Positions 60,950-64,000 of a DNA stretch of 64,000 bases are shown piece after piece. The stretch covers positions 9,982,001 to 10,046,000 of the forward strand of contig CM059432.1 of NCBI GenBank assembly GCA_030390025.1, read 5' to 3'. The DNA comes from Squalus acanthias (lineage: Eukaryota). The position numbers and the translations under genes were made by a program. The notes under the pieces are model-generated. The model had not been told where the DNA came from. It saw nothing but the letters and a program-made list of their open reading frames with translations, and did no database searches. Each line of letters opens with the position of its first letter. The first letter of the stretch is position 1.

Positions 60950-63675
60950 TTGGTGAATAAATCTCAGGGGCCGGATAAGATGCATCCGAGGATTCTGAAA
61001 CAAATAAGGGAGGAAATTGCAGGAACTCTGGCAAAAAACTGAATACTGGAGAGGTGCCTGGCGACTGGTGAGAGGAAGACATTGCCCCGATTTTTAATAA
61101 AAGGTAGAAAAAGTGGCCCAGCGCACTACAGTCCAGTGAGTTTTACGTCCATTGTGGGTAAAGTTATGGAAACTCTTATTAATGACAAGATCATGGACCA
61201 TGTGAATTGAAACAAAATCATAAACGGTAGCCAATATAGGTTCATGAAGGGGAGGTCATGCCAATCTAAATTACTGCTTTTCTTTGAGGGTGAGACGAAG
61301 GAGCTTGATAGGGGTAAGGCAGTGAATGTGGTGAACTTGGATTTCAATAAGGCATTTAATATGGGTGATATCAGTTTGGGTGGAGCTAAGAAACAGCAAG
61401 GGGCAGAAAACATTGGTGGGAGTTCTTTATAGGCCCCAAAACAATAGTTGTAATGTAGGGCAGAGTATAAATCAGGAAATTAGAGGCGCACGTAACAAGG
61501 GTAATACAGTAATCATGGGGGACTTTAATCTACATTTTGACTGGCCAAACCAAATTTGCAGTTATAGTGTGGAGGACAAATTCATGGAATGTATACAAGA
61601 TATTTTTCTAGATCAGTATGTTGAGGAACCAACTAGGGAACAGGTTATTTTACATCCAGTATTGTGCAATGAGAAGGGACTAATTAATAACCTTGTAGTA
61701 AAGGGGCCTTCAGGGAAGAGTGATCATAATATGATAGAATTTTATATTGAGTTTGAAAGTGATTTAGTTAAATCTGAAACAAAGCAAACTACATAGGTAT
61801 GAGGGGTGAGTTGGCTAAGGTAGATTGGGAAACTACATTAAAAGGTATGACAGTAGACACACTTGCGTCTGCGCTCACTCGGTGGTCGAACTCCAAACCA
61901 TCGTCAACACCTTCACCGAAGCGTATGAGAGCACGGGCCTTACATTAAACATCCGTAAGACAAAGGTCCTCTACCAGCCTGCCCCCGCCACACAGTACTG
62001 CTCCCCGATTATCAAAATCCACGACAAGGCCTTGGATAATGTGGACCACTTTCCATACCTCGGGAGCCTACTGTCAACAGGGGCAGACGTCGATCATGAA
62101 GTCCAACACCGCCTTCAGTGTGCCAGTGCAGCCTTCGGTCACCTGAGGAAGAGAGTGTTTGAAGACCAGGACCTCAAACCTGGCACTAAGCTCATGGTCT
62201 ACAGAGCAGTAGTGATACCCGCCCTCCTGTATGCCTCAGAGACATCGACCATGTACAGCAGGCACCTCAAAGCACTGGAGAGGTACCACCAATGCTGCCT
62301 CCACAAGATCCTGCAAATCCATTGGCAGGATAGGCGCACCAACGTCAGTGTTCTCGCTCAGGCCAACATCCTCAGCTTTGAAGCTTTGACCACTCTTGAT
62401 CAGCTCCGATGGACGGGCCACATCGTCCGCATACCCGATACGAGACTCCCAAAACAAGCGCTCTACTCGGAGCTCCGACACGGCAAGAGAGCCCCAGGTG
62501 GGCAGAGGAAATGCTTCAAGGACACCCTCAAAGCCGCCTTGAAAAAGTGCAACATCCCCACCGACACATGGGAATCCCTGGCCCAAGACCGCACAAAGTG
62601 AAGGAGAAGCATCCAGGAAGGCGCCGAACACCTCGAGTCTGTTCGCCAGGAGCAAGCGAAAGCCAAGCGCTGGCAGCGCAAGGAGCGCACGTCAACCCAA
62701 GCACCCCACCCACCCGCCCCTTCAACCACCATCTGCCCCACCTGTGACAGAGACTGTAGGTCCCGCATTGGACTCATCAGTCACCTGAGAACTCATTTTT
62801 AATGTGGAAGCAAGTCATCCTCGGTTCTGAGGGACTGCCTAAGAAGAAGAAGAAGAAGAAGAATGGCTAGCATTTAAAGAATTAATACATAATTTACAAC
62901 AAATATACATTCCTTTAAGGCACAAAAGCCCCACATGAAAAGTGGCCCAACCATGGCTAACAAGAGAAGTTAAAGATAGTATTTGATCAGAGGAAGAGGC
63001 TTATTACTTTGCCAAAAAGCATAGTAAGCCTGAGGATTGGGAGAATTTTAGAATTCAGCAAAGGAGGACCAAGAAATTGATAAGGAAAGAGAAAAAAGAA
63101 TATGAGAGTAAATTAGCAAGAGATATAAAAACATATTGTAAACGTTTCTATAGATATGTAAATAGGAAGAGGTTAGTGAAAGTAAATGTGGGCCCATTAG
63201 AGGCAGAGACAGGAGAAATTATAACGGACAATAAGGAAATGGCTGAGAAATAAAACAAATACTTTGCATCTGTCTTCATGGTAGAAGACACAAAAAAATT
63301 CCGGAAATAATGGGGAACCAAGGGTCTAGAGAGAACGAGGAACTTAAAGAAATCAGTATAAGTAAAGACATAGTACTGGAGAAATTAATGGGACTAAGTG
63401 GCAACAAATCCCCTGGACCTGATGACCTGCATCCTAGGGTTTTAAAAGAGTTTGCTGCAGAGATAGTGGATTCACTGGTATTAATATTCCAGAATTCTCT
63501 AGGTTCTAGAACAGTCCCCAAGGATTGGAAGGTAGCAAACATAACCCCGCTATTTAAGAAAGGAGGAAGAGAAAAAACGGGGAACTATAGGCCAGTTAGC
63601 CTGACACCAGTAGTAGGCAAAATGCTAGAATCTACTATTAGGGACGTGGTAACAGGGCACTTAGAAAATCATATT
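60950..63675 (+). mobile_element. CR1 remnants: old RT piece ~60950-61365, then APE-RT region ~61366-63675 split by an RTE element
   Basis: SVWVELRN..MGDFN..GKSDHN; KSPGPDDLHPRVLKE..GNYRPVSLT. Confidence 0.85.
61856..62863 (+). mobile_element. RTE-clade (BovB-like) LINE 3' part, same family as 11663-14034
   Basis: Highly similar to 13055-14030; (AAG)n tail. Confidence 0.95.
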
Positions 63676-64000
63676 GGGCCAGAAATTCGGTTTTCCGGCT
63701 TCCTGCGGGTGCAAGCATCACGCGCGTACTTGCCTACCGCGCCTGCTGTTGTGCTTTGGGCCCACGAGGACTTTGACTCCTGGGCCTCCTGCAGCTGCCG
63801 GCGTGCAGTGCTTGCGTATCCCAGGGGTGCAGTTAGTTCGAGGCGTCCCCTGGGATCACGTGGGCCATGGAGAGCCAATCGGAGCAGGGCATTTTCATTC
63901 ATAGATTTGACAGGAAGACCTGTCAAATCTATGAATAGAGATCAGCCCCAAAACCACACTTAAACTTCAAATAATTTTTTTTTTAATCACATTTTTTAAA
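63676..64000. mobile_element. Diverged relative of the ~765-bp MITE, copy 4 (runs off the window)
   Basis: ATT|GGGCCAGAAATT; GGGATCACGTGGGCC..GAGCCAAT; hairpin 63897-63936. Confidence 0.85.

Noticed and set aside
1..64000. CRISPR arrays, retrons or other prokaryotic defence systems
   Set aside because: No repeat-spacer arrays or operons; all RT fragments are eukaryotic non-LTR type and the sequence is vertebrate repeat-rich DNA.

Overview
Eukaryotic, intergenic/intronic vertebrate DNA, most likely cartilaginous fish (shark-type CR1 LINEs, HE1/V-SINE, SacSINE1-like DeuSINEs). Most of the window is nested, mostly 5'-truncated transposable elements: several CR1 subfamilies, L2, RTE/BovB-like, a Vingi-like LINE, two Penelope-like element (PLE) families, three SINE families, PIF/Harbinger-type and Tc1/mariner-type MITEs, and a TG..CA solo LTR. 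Every ORF I can recognise in the track is a TE remnant. No host gene could be named; only weak candidate exons on both strands were found. The most striking signals are: (i) two PLE families whose pseudo-LTRs carry minimal type-I hammerhead ribozyme cores with covarying stems, repeatedly inserted as near-perfect 130-200 bp palindromes with 12-14 bp TSDs, one of them centred exactly on the predicted ribozyme cleavage site; (ii) a ~765-bp Harbinger-type MITE in four co-oriented copies that carries a covarying 17-18 bp hairpin, promoter-like motifs and three splice donors. Coordinates were counted by eye and boundaries of decayed elements are approximate.
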